Part shown: positions 1-8,880 of the stretch, one piece after another | How the letters are laid out: the number at the start of each line of letters is the position of its first letter | Numbering within the stretch: the first letter of the stretch is position 1 | Origin: Alphaproteobacteria bacterium | Lineage (GTDB): Bacteria > Myxococcota_A > UBA796 > GCA-2862545 | DNA: 64,000 bases | NCBI GenBank assembly: GCA_020632925.1 | Contig: JACKER010000007.1 | Location: 244,910 to 308,909 of the forward strand | Direction: 5' to 3' | The notes under the pieces: generated by a model | Database searches by the model: none | Told to the model about the DNA's origin: nothing | What the model saw: the letters and a program-made list of their open reading frames with translations, nothing else | Made by a program: the position numbers and the translations under genes

Positions 1-1
1 G

Positions 2-2539
2 GCACGTCGCGGGCTGTTCGACGAGGTCGAGCACCGGGTCCCGGGGCTGGGGGCGGTGCTCGCACGGTGCCTGGCGCCGGACCCCGACGATCGACCGGCC
101 TCGGCCGACGAGCTGGGGCGCGCGCTGGCGGCGCTCCGGTCTCGCCAGCGTCCGGGCCCGCCGCTGCGGGAGCTCGTGGGGCTGGTCGCGCCGGACACGG
201 TCGGTGGCGTGCCGACGGACCGCACCCCGCCCGTGGAGGTGGAGCCCACGCTGGTCGTGCGGGGGAACCTGCCCGTGTCGCGCGGCGCGTTCGTCGGGCG
301 CGACGAGCTGCCGCGGGTGCGGGCGTTGCTCACCGAGGGCCAGCGCCTGATCACGCTGCTCGGCCCTGGTGGGATGGGGAAGACGCGGCTGTCGATCGAG
401 GCCGCGCGCTCCTTCGGCGCCGACCAGGGTGTCGCGACCTGGTTCTTCGACCTGGCGGAGGCGCGCGACGCGGACGCCGTCTGCGCCACCGTGGGTCGCG
501 CGCTGTCGGTCGAGCTGCCGGAGCGGGATGAGGTCGAGCGGCTGGGCCACGCGCTGCGGGCGCTGGGGCGGGCCGTCGTCGTGCTCGACAACCTCGAGCA
601 GGTGGTGGAGGCGATGGGCCCGGTGGTGGAGCGCTGGCGGGCGCTGGCGCCGGACGCGTCGTGGCTGTGTACGTCGCGCATCCCCCTGCGTCTCCCGGGC
701 GAGCGCCGCGTACCGGTGGGGGCCCTCACGCTCGAGGAGGGGGTGGCGCTCTACGCGCAGCGCGCAGCGAGCCCGCCGACGGACGAGGAGCTGCCGCTGG
801 TGCGGCGGCTGGTGGAGGAGCTCGAGGGGATGCCGCTCGCGATCGAGCTGTGCGCGGCGCGGTCGGCGCGGATGGACCTGGTGACGATGCTGGCGCGGAC
901 CGACGATCGGCTGCGGCTGCTCGCCGGGGGTGGGTCGGAGCGACCCGAGCGGCACCGCAGCGTCCAGGCCTCGCTCGAGGGCAGCTGGGAGCTGCTGCCG
1001 GCGTGGGCGCGCCAGGCGCTGGCGAGGCTGTCGGTGTTCGAGGGCGGGTTCGCGGCGGCCGCGGCCGGCGTGGTGCTGGGTGCGCTCGCGGACCGCGGGC
1101 GGTGGGGCGTCGACGTGCTGCAGACGCTGTGCGACGACAGCCTGCTGCGGTACGACCCCGACCACGACCGGTTCGGGATGCTGGCGGTGGTCCAGGTCTT
1201 CGCGTCGGAGAAGCTCGGGGAGGCCGAGCGTCGGGCCGCCGAGATCGAGCACGGACGGTGGTTCGCGCAGCTCGGTGCGCAGGACGCGCTCGACGCGCTG
1301 CGGGTGCACGGCGGGACGGAGCGCGAGGCCGCGCTGCGCTTCGAGACGGACAACCTGCTCGCCGCCTGCCGGCGCGCGATCCGGCGGGGCGACGTGGCGG
1401 TCGCCGTGCCCACCGTGCGCGCGCTGGACGTGATCCTGAGCCGCACGGGACCGACGGGTCCGCTGCGCGACCTGCTCCTCGACGTGCGGGCGATGCCCGC
1501 GCTGCACCCCGACGACCCGGCCGCGATGGAGCTCGAGCTCGACGCCGCCTGGGCCGCGACGAAGTCGGGACGCGCGCGCGAGGCCCTCGCGGAGCTCGAG
1601 GAGCTGTTGCGACGGACCTCGAAGCGCCACCCGCGCGTGGAGGGCCGGACCGCCATCCTGCTCTCGCTCGAGTACAACGCGCACGGGCAGAACGGGCTCG
1701 CGGAGGTGACGGCACGTCGCGCCCTGGACCTCGCGCGCGAGACGGGCAGCGTCCTCGCGGAGATCAGCGCGGCCTTCCGGCTGGGGCAGGCGCTGCGGCT
1801 CTCGGGTGCCGTCGACGAGGCGGAGCGCTGGTTCCTGGGGGCCATGAAGCTGGCGCGCGACGTGGGCGACCGCCGCTCCGAGGGCGTGGGCCATGGGCTG
1901 CTGGGCCACACGTACCACTCGCTCGGCCGCTTCCGGGAGGCCCGACGGTCGCTGCTGCGGGCCCTGGCCGTCCACCGCGAGCTCGGCGACCGGTTCCAGG
2001 AGGCCGCGCGGCTCAACACGCTGGGCTTGATGGAGAAGGACCTGGGGCGGGTGGACGAGGCCCGGCGGGTGTACCGGGAGGCGCTGCGTCTGCACCGGGA
2101 GCTCGGTGATCGCGCGTCGGAGCACTACGTGCTCGGCTGCCTCGGGTTCCTGGAGCTCGAGCTCGGGGATCCGGACGCCTGCGCGCCGTTCCTCGCGGAC
2201 GCTGCCACGATCGCCGCGGAGCTCGGCGAGACCTCGATGCGCGCGCAGTGGGAGGCGGCCATGGGGCGCTACCACGCGCTGCGCGGGCGGGTCTCCGAGG
2301 CGACCGCAGCGATCGGGCGAGGGGAGCAGCTGCTGCGCGCGGGCGAGGTGGGCAGCACCCGGGTATGGGTCGAGGCCGCTCGGGCGGAGGTCCAGTGGCG
2401 GACGGGCGACGTACAGGGCGCGCTGCGGTCGCTCGAGCAGCTCGAGGCCTGGCTGTCGCGCCGCACGACCGATCGCGCCGCGCGGACCTGGCTCGAGGTC
2501 TCCCGCGTGCGCGGGCTCATGGAAGGAGACGAGGAATGA
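2..2539 (+). CDS. 5'-partial multidomain signalling protein. It carries the C-terminal end of a Ser/Thr kinase domain, an NB-ARC/AAA-type P-loop NTPase and C-terminal TPR repeats, so it looks STAND-like.
   Basis: The frame is open from the window start. The first residues ('ARCLAPDPDDRPASADELGRAL') look like the end of a kinase C-lobe. A Walker A motif 'LLGPGGMGKTRL' follows. The C-terminus has helical TPR-like repeats ('GRFREARRSLLRALAVHRELGDRFQEAARLNTLGL...'). Confidence 0.6.
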   Translation, partial: ARRGLFDEVEHRVPGLGAVLARCLAPDPDDRPASADELGRALAALRSRQRPGPPLRELVGLVAPDTVGGVPTDRTPPVEVEPTLVVRGNLPVSRGAFVGRDELPRVRALLTEGQRLITLLGPGGMGKTRLSIEAARSFGADQGVATWFFDLAEARDADAVCATVGRALSVELPERDEVERLGHALRALGRAVVVLDNLEQVVEAMGPVVERWRALAPDASWLCTSRIPLRLPGERRVPVGALTLEEGVALYAQRAASPPTDEELPLVRRLVEELEGMPLAIELCAARSARMDLVTMLARTDDRLRLLAGGGSERPERHRSVQASLEGSWELLPAWARQALARLSVFEGGFAAAAAGVVLGALADRGRWGVDVLQTLCDDSLLRYDPDHDRFGMLAVVQVFASEKLGEAERRAAEIEHGRWFAQLGAQDALDALRVHGGTEREAALRFETDNLLAACRRAIRRGDVAVAVPTVRALDVILSRTGPTGPLRDLLLDVRAMPALHPDDPAAMELELDAAWAATKSGRAREALAELEELLRRTSKRHPRVEGRTAILLSLEYNAHGQNGLAEVTARRALDLARETGSVLAEISAAFRLGQALRLSGAVDEAERWFLGAMKLARDVGDRRSEGVGHGLLGHTYHSLGRFREARRSLLRALAVHRELGDRFQEAARLNTLGLMEKDLGRVDEARRVYREALRLHRELGDRASEHYVLGCLGFLELELGDPDACAPFLADAATIAAELGETSMRAQWEAAMGRYHALRGRVSEATAAIGRGEQLLRAGEVGSTRVWVEAARAEVQWRTGDVQGALRSLEQLEAWLSRRTTDRAARTWLEVSRVRGLMEGDEE

Positions 2540-3369
2540 CGACGACGGTGGCGGTGCTGGGGACGGGCCTGCTGGGCGCGGGCTTCGCGAAGAACCTCCT
2601 GGAGAAGGGGGTCGCGGTCCGCGTCTGGAACCGGACGCGGGCCAAGGCGGAGGCGCTGGCGGCGCTCGGCGCGGTGGTGGCGGACTCGCCGGCGGACGCG
2701 GTGCGGGGCGCGGATCGCGCTCACCTGGTGCTGTCCGACGACGCCGCGGTGGACGCGGTGCTCGAGGCGATGGGGGACGCGCTCCCCGAGGTCGTGATCG
2801 ACCACACGACGGTGCTCCCGGCGGGCGTGCTCCGCCGCGTGGAGCGCTACGGGCGGCGCTACCTGCACGCGCCGGTGTTCATGGGGCCGAAGAACGCCGA
2901 GCAGGCGACGGGCACGATGATGGTGTCTGGCCCCGCGGACCTGGTCGCGGCGCACGCCGAGGCGCTGCGCTCGATGACGGGCAAGCTGGTCGAGCTCGGC
3001 GAGCGGCCCGACGTCGCCGCGGTCTACAAGCTGTGCGGCAACGGAATGCTGCTGTCGCTCCTCGCGAGCACCTCGGACATCATCGAGGTGGCGCGGGGTG
3101 CTGGCGTCGACCCCGTCGAGATGCTGACGATGTTCAGCTGGTTCGACGTGGCGCCGGTGATCGGCTGGCGTGGGACGCGCATGGCCAAGGGGCAGTTCGG
3201 CCCGCCCACGTTCGAGCTGGCGATGGCCCGCAAGGACATCCGCCTGATGCTGGAGACCGCGGACAGCCCGCACCAGATGGTGCTCCCCGCGATCGCGGAG
3301 CGCATGGACGAGCTGCTGGCCGCGGGGCTGGGCGCCGAGGACTACAGCGTGCTCGGCCGGCGGCGCTGA
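2536..3369 (+). CDS. NAD(P)-binding oxidoreductase of the 6-phosphogluconate / 3-hydroxyisobutyrate dehydrogenase-like family
   Basis: The N-terminal Rossmann motif 'VAVLGTGLLGAGFAKNLLEKGVAVRVWNRT' is present. A GGAAGGAG RBS lies 6 nt upstream of the ATG at 2536. The start overlaps the upstream stop as ATGA. Confidence 0.7.
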   Translation: MTTTVAVLGTGLLGAGFAKNLLEKGVAVRVWNRTRAKAEALAALGAVVADSPADAVRGADRAHLVLSDDAAVDAVLEAMGDALPEVVIDHTTVLPAGVLRRVERYGRRYLHAPVFMGPKNAEQATGTMMVSGPADLVAAHAEALRSMTGKLVELGERPDVAAVYKLCGNGMLLSLLASTSDIIEVARGAGVDPVEMLTMFSWFDVAPVIGWRGTRMAKGQFGPPTFELAMARKDIRLMLETADSPHQMVLPAIAERMDELLAAGLGAEDYSVLGRRR

Positions 3370-3372
3370 CGG

Positions 3373-3900
3373 GTGGACGTGGAGCTGCCCGAGTCCTTCG
3401 CACCGCGGATGACGGAGCACGGTCTCGTGCTGCGCGTCCGCGGCGAGGAGGGCGTGATGGCGGGCTGCGGGCTGCTCATCGCGGCCGCGGGGGTGTTCGG
3501 CGCCGCCCTCGGGTGGGGGGTGGTCGTCCTGCTGTTCGGGCTGCCCTTCGCGTTGCTCCTCCTCCTGCAGTACGCGACCACCAACGAGATCGAGCTCGTG
3601 GTCGACGAGCTGCGCGTGGTGCGCCGGCTGGCGGGCATCCGGCTCCGGACGCGACGCCTGCGCTGGGCGACGCTGCGGCCGGTGCAGGTGGAGACGGGCT
3701 CGGGCGTGCTCCGGCGCCTGGTGCTGACGGACGGGCGGACGACGTGCAGGGTGCTCGCCGACGGGCACGAGAGCGCCGACGTCGACAAGCTCCTGACCGT
3801 CCTCCAGCAGCTGCGCGAGCGGGCCGCGACCCGCGAGGACGTCCCCGTTCCGGCCGCACCCGCGGAGCTGCGCGGGTTGGTGGAGCGCACCCGCGAGTGA
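3373..3900 (+). CDS. hypothetical small membrane protein with two predicted TM helices
   Basis: This is an ORF with a hydrophobic stretch 'GCGLLIAAAGVFGAALGWGVVVLLFGLPFALLLLL'. No family was recognised. Confidence 0.4.
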   Translation: MDVELPESFAPRMTEHGLVLRVRGEEGVMAGCGLLIAAAGVFGAALGWGVVVLLFGLPFALLLLLQYATTNEIELVVDELRVVRRLAGIRLRTRRLRWATLRPVQVETGSGVLRRLVLTDGRTTCRVLADGHESADVDKLLTVLQQLRERAATREDVPVPAAPAELRGLVERTRE

Positions 3901-3903
3901 GCG

Positions 3904-4434
3904 TCAGCGGGGCCTGCGGGCGATGAGGACCCGGCGCGTGACGTTGAGGAGGATGAAGGGCAGCCCGCCGCCGAGGCGCACGTTGTCCCGCATCACCCAG
4001 GCCCACACCACGATGACGGCGGTGAGCGCGAGCAGGCCGAGCGACCGGCTCCGCACCCAGCTCGGGTCCGTGTGCGTCTGGCCGACGTACCCGGCGGGGG
4101 AGGCGAAGGTGGCGACGGCCCCGACCGCGAGCGCGCCCACGAACAGCCCGGTCGCCTGGGCCTCGCCCATCACCGCCGCGAGCGGGCCCACCCCCACGCC
4201 GAAGGCCAGCGCGCCGAGCCACAGCCAGATCGCCGTGCCCACGAGGATCGGGTTCGCACGCTGGCCCTGCCACCACACCAGGGCGTGGACGGGCACCGTC
4301 AGCGCCGCCGCCACCAGGAACAGCGGCCCGACCCGCGCGAGATCGACCGAGCCGCTCGTGACGAAGGAGATGGCCAGCGTGATCACCGGGACGAGCTGGA
4401 GGAGCTCGGCCCACGGCTTGTTCGCGTCGTGCAT
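3904..4434 (-). CDS. hypothetical integral membrane protein
   Basis: The ORF has several hydrophobic segments. Its start overlaps the upstream stop by 1 nt (TGATG). Confidence 0.45.
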   Translation of the reverse strand: MHDANKPWAELLQLVPVITLAISFVTSGSVDLARVGPLFLVAAALTVPVHALVWWQGQRANPILVGTAIWLWLGALAFGVGVGPLAAVMGEAQATGLFVGALAVGAVATFASPAGYVGQTHTDPSWVRSRSLGLLALTAVIVVWAWVMRDNVRLGGGLPFILLNVTRRVLIARRPR

Positions 4435-5003
4435 CAGAACCCGAACCCCACCGTCACCGAGGCGAAGGGCACCACGGGCCCTCCGCGTCCGAACACGTCA
4501 GGCGCCGCCGGGATCAGCGCCGCACCGCCGTCGATCACCCCGGTCACGTACGTCCGCGCGCCCGGGTCGACCCAGTAACGCCCCTGCAGCGACAGCGATG
4601 CCTCCGCGCCGGCGGCCTCGATGGGATCGGGCTCCTTGGCCTGCCCGAACTGGAAGCCCGGGCGGTCCGCCGTGCGCTGGACCTCGGCGAACCCGAGCCC
4701 CGGCATCAGCGTCGCGTTCAGCCGGCCCTCGCCCACGTCCAGCACCTTCCCCTTCGCGCGGAAGTGCGCCATGTCCGGGGCGTCGTCGTGGTGCAGGAAG
4801 CCGGCGCCCGTCCCGCAGGCCTCGATGGCGAGCCAACCCGTGGGCAAGCCCTGCGCGCAGAGGTACGGATGGGACAGGTCGTCCAGACGGTCCACGCCGA
4901 CCCGCAGATCGAACACCGGGTGCCCGGCATAGGGACGCGGATGTTCGGCGACGGAGCTCGATCCCGCGTGTGCCGACAGCATCAGGTACGCGACGACCAG
5001 CAT
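4434..5003 (-). CDS. putative secreted or outer-membrane protein
   Basis: There is an N-terminal signal peptide ('MLVVAYLMLSAHAGSSSVA'). The sequence is Gly-rich with alternating residues and ends in '...GFGF'. A C-terminal aromatic residue is typical of beta-barrel outer-membrane proteins. Confidence 0.4.
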   Translation of the reverse strand: MLVVAYLMLSAHAGSSSVAEHPRPYAGHPVFDLRVGVDRLDDLSHPYLCAQGLPTGWLAIEACGTGAGFLHHDDAPDMAHFRAKGKVLDVGEGRLNATLMPGLGFAEVQRTADRPGFQFGQAKEPDPIEAAGAEASLSLQGRYWVDPGARTYVTGVIDGGAALIPAAPDVFGRGGPVVPFASVTVGFGF

Positions 5004-5042
5004 CCGGACAGGCTATCATGTCCGGTCATCGATGGAGGAATC

Positions 5043-5498
5043 ATGCGCCGTCTCGTTGCCGCCGGGCTGCTGCTCGCCGCCCCCGCCGCCCTGTCCGCCC
5101 CGCCGTCCCCCGCGCAGATCGTGAAGTACCGCCATGCGGTGATGAACGGCCTCGGCGCCCACATGGCGGGCCTGTCCATGATCGTGAAGGGCGAGACCGA
5201 CCGGACCGGCGACGCCGTGATGCACGCCACCGCCGTGAAGGAGCTGGCGCACACCATCGGCGCGCTCTTCCCCGAGGGCACGGGCCCCGGCCACGAGTTC
5301 GAGACCGAGGCGAAGGCCGAGATCTGGTCGCAGCACGACAAGTTCGTGGAGGCGGTCAAGGCGCTCGAGACCGCCAGCGACAAGCTCGTCGACGCCGCCA
5401 AGACCGGTGACGTCGCCCAGATCAAGACCGCGCTCGGCGGTGTCGGCGGCGCCTGCGGCGACTGCCACGACGTGTACAAGGTCGACGACCACCACTGA
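5043..5498 (+). CDS. cytochrome c' (class II c-type cytochrome)
   Basis: It has a signal peptide, a four-helix-bundle-like sequence and a single CxxCH near the C-terminus ('GGACGDCHDVYK'). That placement is the hallmark of cytochrome c'. Confidence 0.75.
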   Translation: MRRLVAAGLLLAAPAALSAPPSPAQIVKYRHAVMNGLGAHMAGLSMIVKGETDRTGDAVMHATAVKELAHTIGALFPEGTGPGHEFETEAKAEIWSQHDKFVEAVKALETASDKLVDAAKTGDVAQIKTALGGVGGACGDCHDVYKVDDHH

Positions 5499-6280
5499 TG
5501 GTCCCGGTGCTGGTGGTGGGGGTGGCATGGGCTACCCCCGACGCCGAGGTGGGGGCGCTGCTCGCGGGCCTCGCGGGGTGCGCCTCCTGCCACACGGCCG
5601 CGGACGGCGCGCCCTACGCGGGCGGGTACGCCATCGAGACGCGCTTCGGCACGTTCTATGGCTCGAACCTCACGCCCGATCCGGAGACCGGGCTCGGGGA
5701 GTGGACGGAGCACGACCTGCTCCGCGCGCTGACGCGTGGCCGCTCGCCGAAGCACCATCCGTACTGGCCCGCCTTCCCCTACACCTCCTTCCGTCGGCTC
5801 ACCGACGAGGACGTGGGACACCTCTGGGCGTACCTGCGGACGCTCGATCCGGTCGTGGCGGAGGAGCGCGAGCAGGAGGCGAATGCCCCGGGCGTCGGGC
5901 TGTGGGGCTGGCGGCGGGTGGCGTTCCACGCTCGGGACTGGAAGCCGCTCGACGACCCCGAGCTCGACCGCGGTGCGTACCTCGTGGAGGTCGTGGGCCA
6001 CTGCGGCGAGTGCCACACCCCACGGAACGGCATCGGTCAGCTGAAGCGGAAGCAGGCGCTCGCGGGCAGCGACGAGCCCCCGCACCCCGCACCCGACATC
6101 CGGCCCGAGACGCTGAAGTGGACGCTGGGTGACTGGGACACGTTCCTGACGATGGGCATGATGCCGGATGGCGACTTCGCCGGGTCCGGCATGCGGCACG
6201 TGGTCCGCGACGGCACCGCGAAGCTGCCCGAGGCCGATCGCGCCGCGATGATCCGCTGGCTGATGGCGCCGACCGAGTAG
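5498..6280 (+). CDS. diheme c-type cytochrome
   Basis: There are two CxxCH motifs ('CASCH', 'CGECH'). The start overlaps the cytochrome c' stop as ATGA. Confidence 0.7.
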   Translation: MVPVLVVGVAWATPDAEVGALLAGLAGCASCHTAADGAPYAGGYAIETRFGTFYGSNLTPDPETGLGEWTEHDLLRALTRGRSPKHHPYWPAFPYTSFRRLTDEDVGHLWAYLRTLDPVVAEEREQEANAPGVGLWGWRRVAFHARDWKPLDDPELDRGAYLVEVVGHCGECHTPRNGIGQLKRKQALAGSDEPPHPAPDIRPETLKWTLGDWDTFLTMGMMPDGDFAGSGMRHVVRDGTAKLPEADRAAMIRWLMAPTE

Positions 6281-6281
6281 G

Positions 6282-6935
6282 TCAGAGCGGCTCGATGCAG
6301 CGCGGGATGATCTCGAAGAAGTTGTTCTCGACGGAGTTGCTCACGCGGGCCGCGAGCGTGTTCGTGCCGGGGACGAGCAGCGAGGTCACGTCGATGGGGG
6401 GGACCACCGTGGTCACCAGGCAGTTCGCGTTCTCGTTGACGCAGCCCTCCTGCTGCCAGGCGCCGCCCCAGTGCCCGACGGCGGTGCCGTTGAGCCACAC
6501 CCAGACGCCGTCGTCGCTCTGCAGCTCGAGCGAGAGGTTCAGGGGGATGTCGGTCAGCGTGAAGGTCGCCACGTACGCGCGGTCGCTGCCGGGTGGGGTG
6601 GCGGTGTCCGGCAGGGTGACGGCGGTGTAGGAGCCCGTGTCGGCGGCCGGGTTCCAGAACACGCGACCCTGCCCATCGGTGGGATCGGAGCGCTGGGTGA
6701 ACGTCGGGCTGCCGCGGAAGGCCAAGACCGGCAGCGTCACGTCGTCGCAGGTCCAGGGGACCGTCCCGGTGTGCACCACCGGTGTGGCGCTGTGCTCGGG
6801 CGGGGGAGTGGTGGGGGTCGTCGGCGTCGTCTCGGCGGTGTCGCCGATGGCCCCCGTCTCGGTCGAGGGCACGACCACCGGATCGGGCTTGCTGGCCAGG
6901 TGGTAGTCGGAGCACGCTGCGAGGAACAACAGCAT
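6282..6935 (-). CDS. lipoprotein with a PA14-like C-terminal domain
   Basis: The lipobox 'MLLFLAACS' is present. The C-terminus ('DDGVWVWLNGTAVGHW') resembles a PA14 domain. I chose the internal ATG at 6935, not the ORF start at 7037. Confidence 0.5.
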   Translation of the reverse strand: MLLFLAACSDYHLASKPDPVVVPSTETGAIGDTAETTPTTPTTPPPEHSATPVVHTGTVPWTCDDVTLPVLAFRGSPTFTQRSDPTDGQGRVFWNPAADTGSYTAVTLPDTATPPGSDRAYVATFTLTDIPLNLSLELQSDDGVWVWLNGTAVGHWGGAWQQEGCVNENANCLVTTVVPPIDVTSLLVPGTNTLAARVSNSVENNFFEIIPRCIEPL

Positions 6936-7018
6936 CCACGTCCTGCGCACGATCGCCCTCCGCGCGACACGGTAACTCCTGTTCGAGTTACGGTCATCCC
7001 CAAACTTCGAGGTGTCTC

Positions 7019-7894
7019 TTGGCGCGTCGCTCCTCACCGTACCTGGCCCTCGCGGCGCTCGTCCTCGTCGGCTGTACGGGCTCCGGCCTGCAGCCCACGA
7101 CCAAGGACCACACGGTCCCGACGGACGAGCCGGACGCGGATGCGGACGCGGACACGGACACGGACTCGGACGCGGACACCGACGCCGACACGGACGCGGA
7201 CACCGACTCGGACACGGACACGGACGCGGACGCGGACACCGACGCGGACACCGACGCCGACACGGATACCGCGGACACCGGGGGGCCGGGCAACCCCTGG
7301 TCCCACACGATCACGGTGGACGGGAACCTGTCGGACTGGCTCGCCGGAGAGACGTTCACCACCACGTCGTCCGGCACCGGATACGTGACCTGGGACGCCA
7401 CCTACCTCTACGTGGCCTACCAGCACCCGGACGTCGCGGCCGGGGGGCCCCAGCACTGGGTGGTGATCTACCTCGGGGACGGCGCTGCCGGGTCGAGGAC
7501 GGGCATCCAGCTCAACACGCAGCAGCCCGCGCTGCCGGCACCGTTCCGCTTCGTGGTGCGGTGGAAGGCCGACAACAGCTACAACGCGCTGGACGTCTGG
7601 AACGGCGCCAGCTGGTCGACCCAGAACAACTGGCTCGGGACGCAGGGCAGCGCGGTCGCGGAGAGCAACGCGAACCAGGCGGTGGAGTTCCGCATCCCGT
7701 TGGCCGCGTTGGGCGGCGCGAGCCGCGTCTCGCTGTACACGTCCTGGGTGTTCGAGGGCGCCGGCTTCGAGACGACCTACTCCCCGCTGCCCTCCGGCAC
7801 CTTCACCGACGGCTACGACCCCGACCCGACGACCTACTACAGCTTCGACCTCACCGGCCCCGGCGCACCGAACAGGACCGGTCCGAGCTTCTAG
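7019..7894 (+). CDS. lipoprotein with an acidic Asp-Ala/Asp-Thr repeat linker and a C-terminal CBM9/DOMON-like domain
   Basis: A TTG start gives 'M-ARRSSPYLALAALVLVGCTGS', which is a lipobox. About 50 aa of DADADTDTDSDADTD follows. The C-terminus has 'ITVDGNLSDW', which is carbohydrate-binding-module-like. Confidence 0.5.
   Translation: MARRSSPYLALAALVLVGCTGSGLQPTTKDHTVPTDEPDADADADTDTDSDADTDADTDADTDSDTDTDADADTDADTDADTDTADTGGPGNPWSHTITVDGNLSDWLAGETFTTTSSGTGYVTWDATYLYVAYQHPDVAAGGPQHWVVIYLGDGAAGSRTGIQLNTQQPALPAPFRFVVRWKADNSYNALDVWNGASWSTQNNWLGTQGSAVAESNANQAVEFRIPLAALGGASRVSLYTSWVFEGAGFETTYSPLPSGTFTDGYDPDPTTYYSFDLTGPGAPNRTGPSF
7135..7280 (+). repeat. in-frame hexanucleotide repeat ((gac gcg/acc)n) encoding the DA/DT acidic linker
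   Basis: This is a visible run of gacgcg/gacacc/gactcg units. Confidence 0.7.
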
Positions 7895-7972
7895 TCGACT
7901 CCGGCTTCGCTTCGCTCCGCCTCCGCGGGCAGCAGAGCTGCCTCCCACGGGTGCGGTTGCGTCGACTGGTAA

Positions 7973-8551
7973 CTAGAGCGTCTTCTTCGGCGTCATGAGC
8001 TTCTCGACGGCCTCCGCGGCGCGCTTCACGTCCGGATGGCCCTCGGGGCCCATGGCGGCCTTGCGGAGGACCTGGAGCGCCTCGTCCTTGCGGCCGCTCA
8101 CGCGCAGCAGCGTGCCCAGGTTGTACAGCGCCGACGGGTCGTCGGGCCGGCGGTCGAGGGCCTCGCGATACTTCTTCTCCGCCGCCTCGCTCTCGCCCTC
8201 CAGATACAGCTGCAGGCCCTCCTGGACCAGCTCGTCCGCCTCGTGCACGAACTCCACGTCCAGGATCGCCTTCGCGCCGAGGTTCACCAGCAGCGCGGCA
8301 AGCGGCGAGATCAGCCAGAAGGCCACACCCTCGCCCGCCAGGAACACCGCCAGCGGGATGTCGGGGCCGATCGCCTTGCCCCGGTACGACAGGCGGACCT
8401 TGGTGTACCGCCCGGCGACGAAGGACTCGTTCACCCGCTCGCGGAGCTTCTGCAGCGTCTGCTCGATCCGCTCCGGGTCGATCTCGAACTGGAAGCCGCC
8501 GAAAGGCCGCTGGGCTCGCTGCTCCTGCCGGTCCTGGTCCTCGTCGCTCAC
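7973..8551 (-). CDS. TPR-repeat protein with an N-terminal hydrophobic or amphipathic region
   Basis: The GTG start at 8551 overlaps the upstream stop as GTGA. The C-terminal half has TPR-like helices ('AAEKKYREALDRRPDDPSALYNLGTLL'). Confidence 0.5.
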   Translation of the reverse strand: MSDEDQDRQEQRAQRPFGGFQFEIDPERIEQTLQKLRERVNESFVAGRYTKVRLSYRGKAIGPDIPLAVFLAGEGVAFWLISPLAALLVNLGAKAILDVEFVHEADELVQEGLQLYLEGESEAAEKKYREALDRRPDDPSALYNLGTLLRVSGRKDEALQVLRKAAMGPEGHPDVKRAAEAVEKLMTPKKTL

Positions 8552-8880
8552 CGCTGCTCCCCGATTCGCGTGGTGTGGTCCCCGAACCACTTCGCCAGCC
8601 GATCGACCTCGGCCCGGACCGGGCGCGTCGCGTCCCGGCACCCGGCGGGGTCCGCGGAGACGGCGGCCGGGTCCAGGCAGTGTAGCTGCTCTGGCGTCAG
8701 CGCGAGAGCGTCGCACTGCCGAACGTATTCGGCCTTGTCCGGCCAGGCCGGCAACGGCGTGCCCGACTGGCGGAACATCTGCTCGAGGCTCGCCACCACG
8801 CCGTCGTAGGCGTCGGCGCACGGGCCCTCGGGCGCGGGCGGAGGTGCGGTGGCGCATCCCGCGAGGACGACGGCGAGCAT
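8548..8880 (-). CDS. small Cys-containing lipoprotein
   Basis: The lipobox 'MLAVVLAGCA' is present. The ATG overlaps the prc stop as ATGA. The protein is 111 aa with 4 further Cys. Confidence 0.45.
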   Translation of the reverse strand: MLAVVLAGCATAPPPAPEGPCADAYDGVVASLEQMFRQSGTPLPAWPDKAEYVRQCDALALTPEQLHCLDPAAVSADPAGCRDATRPVRAEVDRLAKWFGDHTTRIGEQR

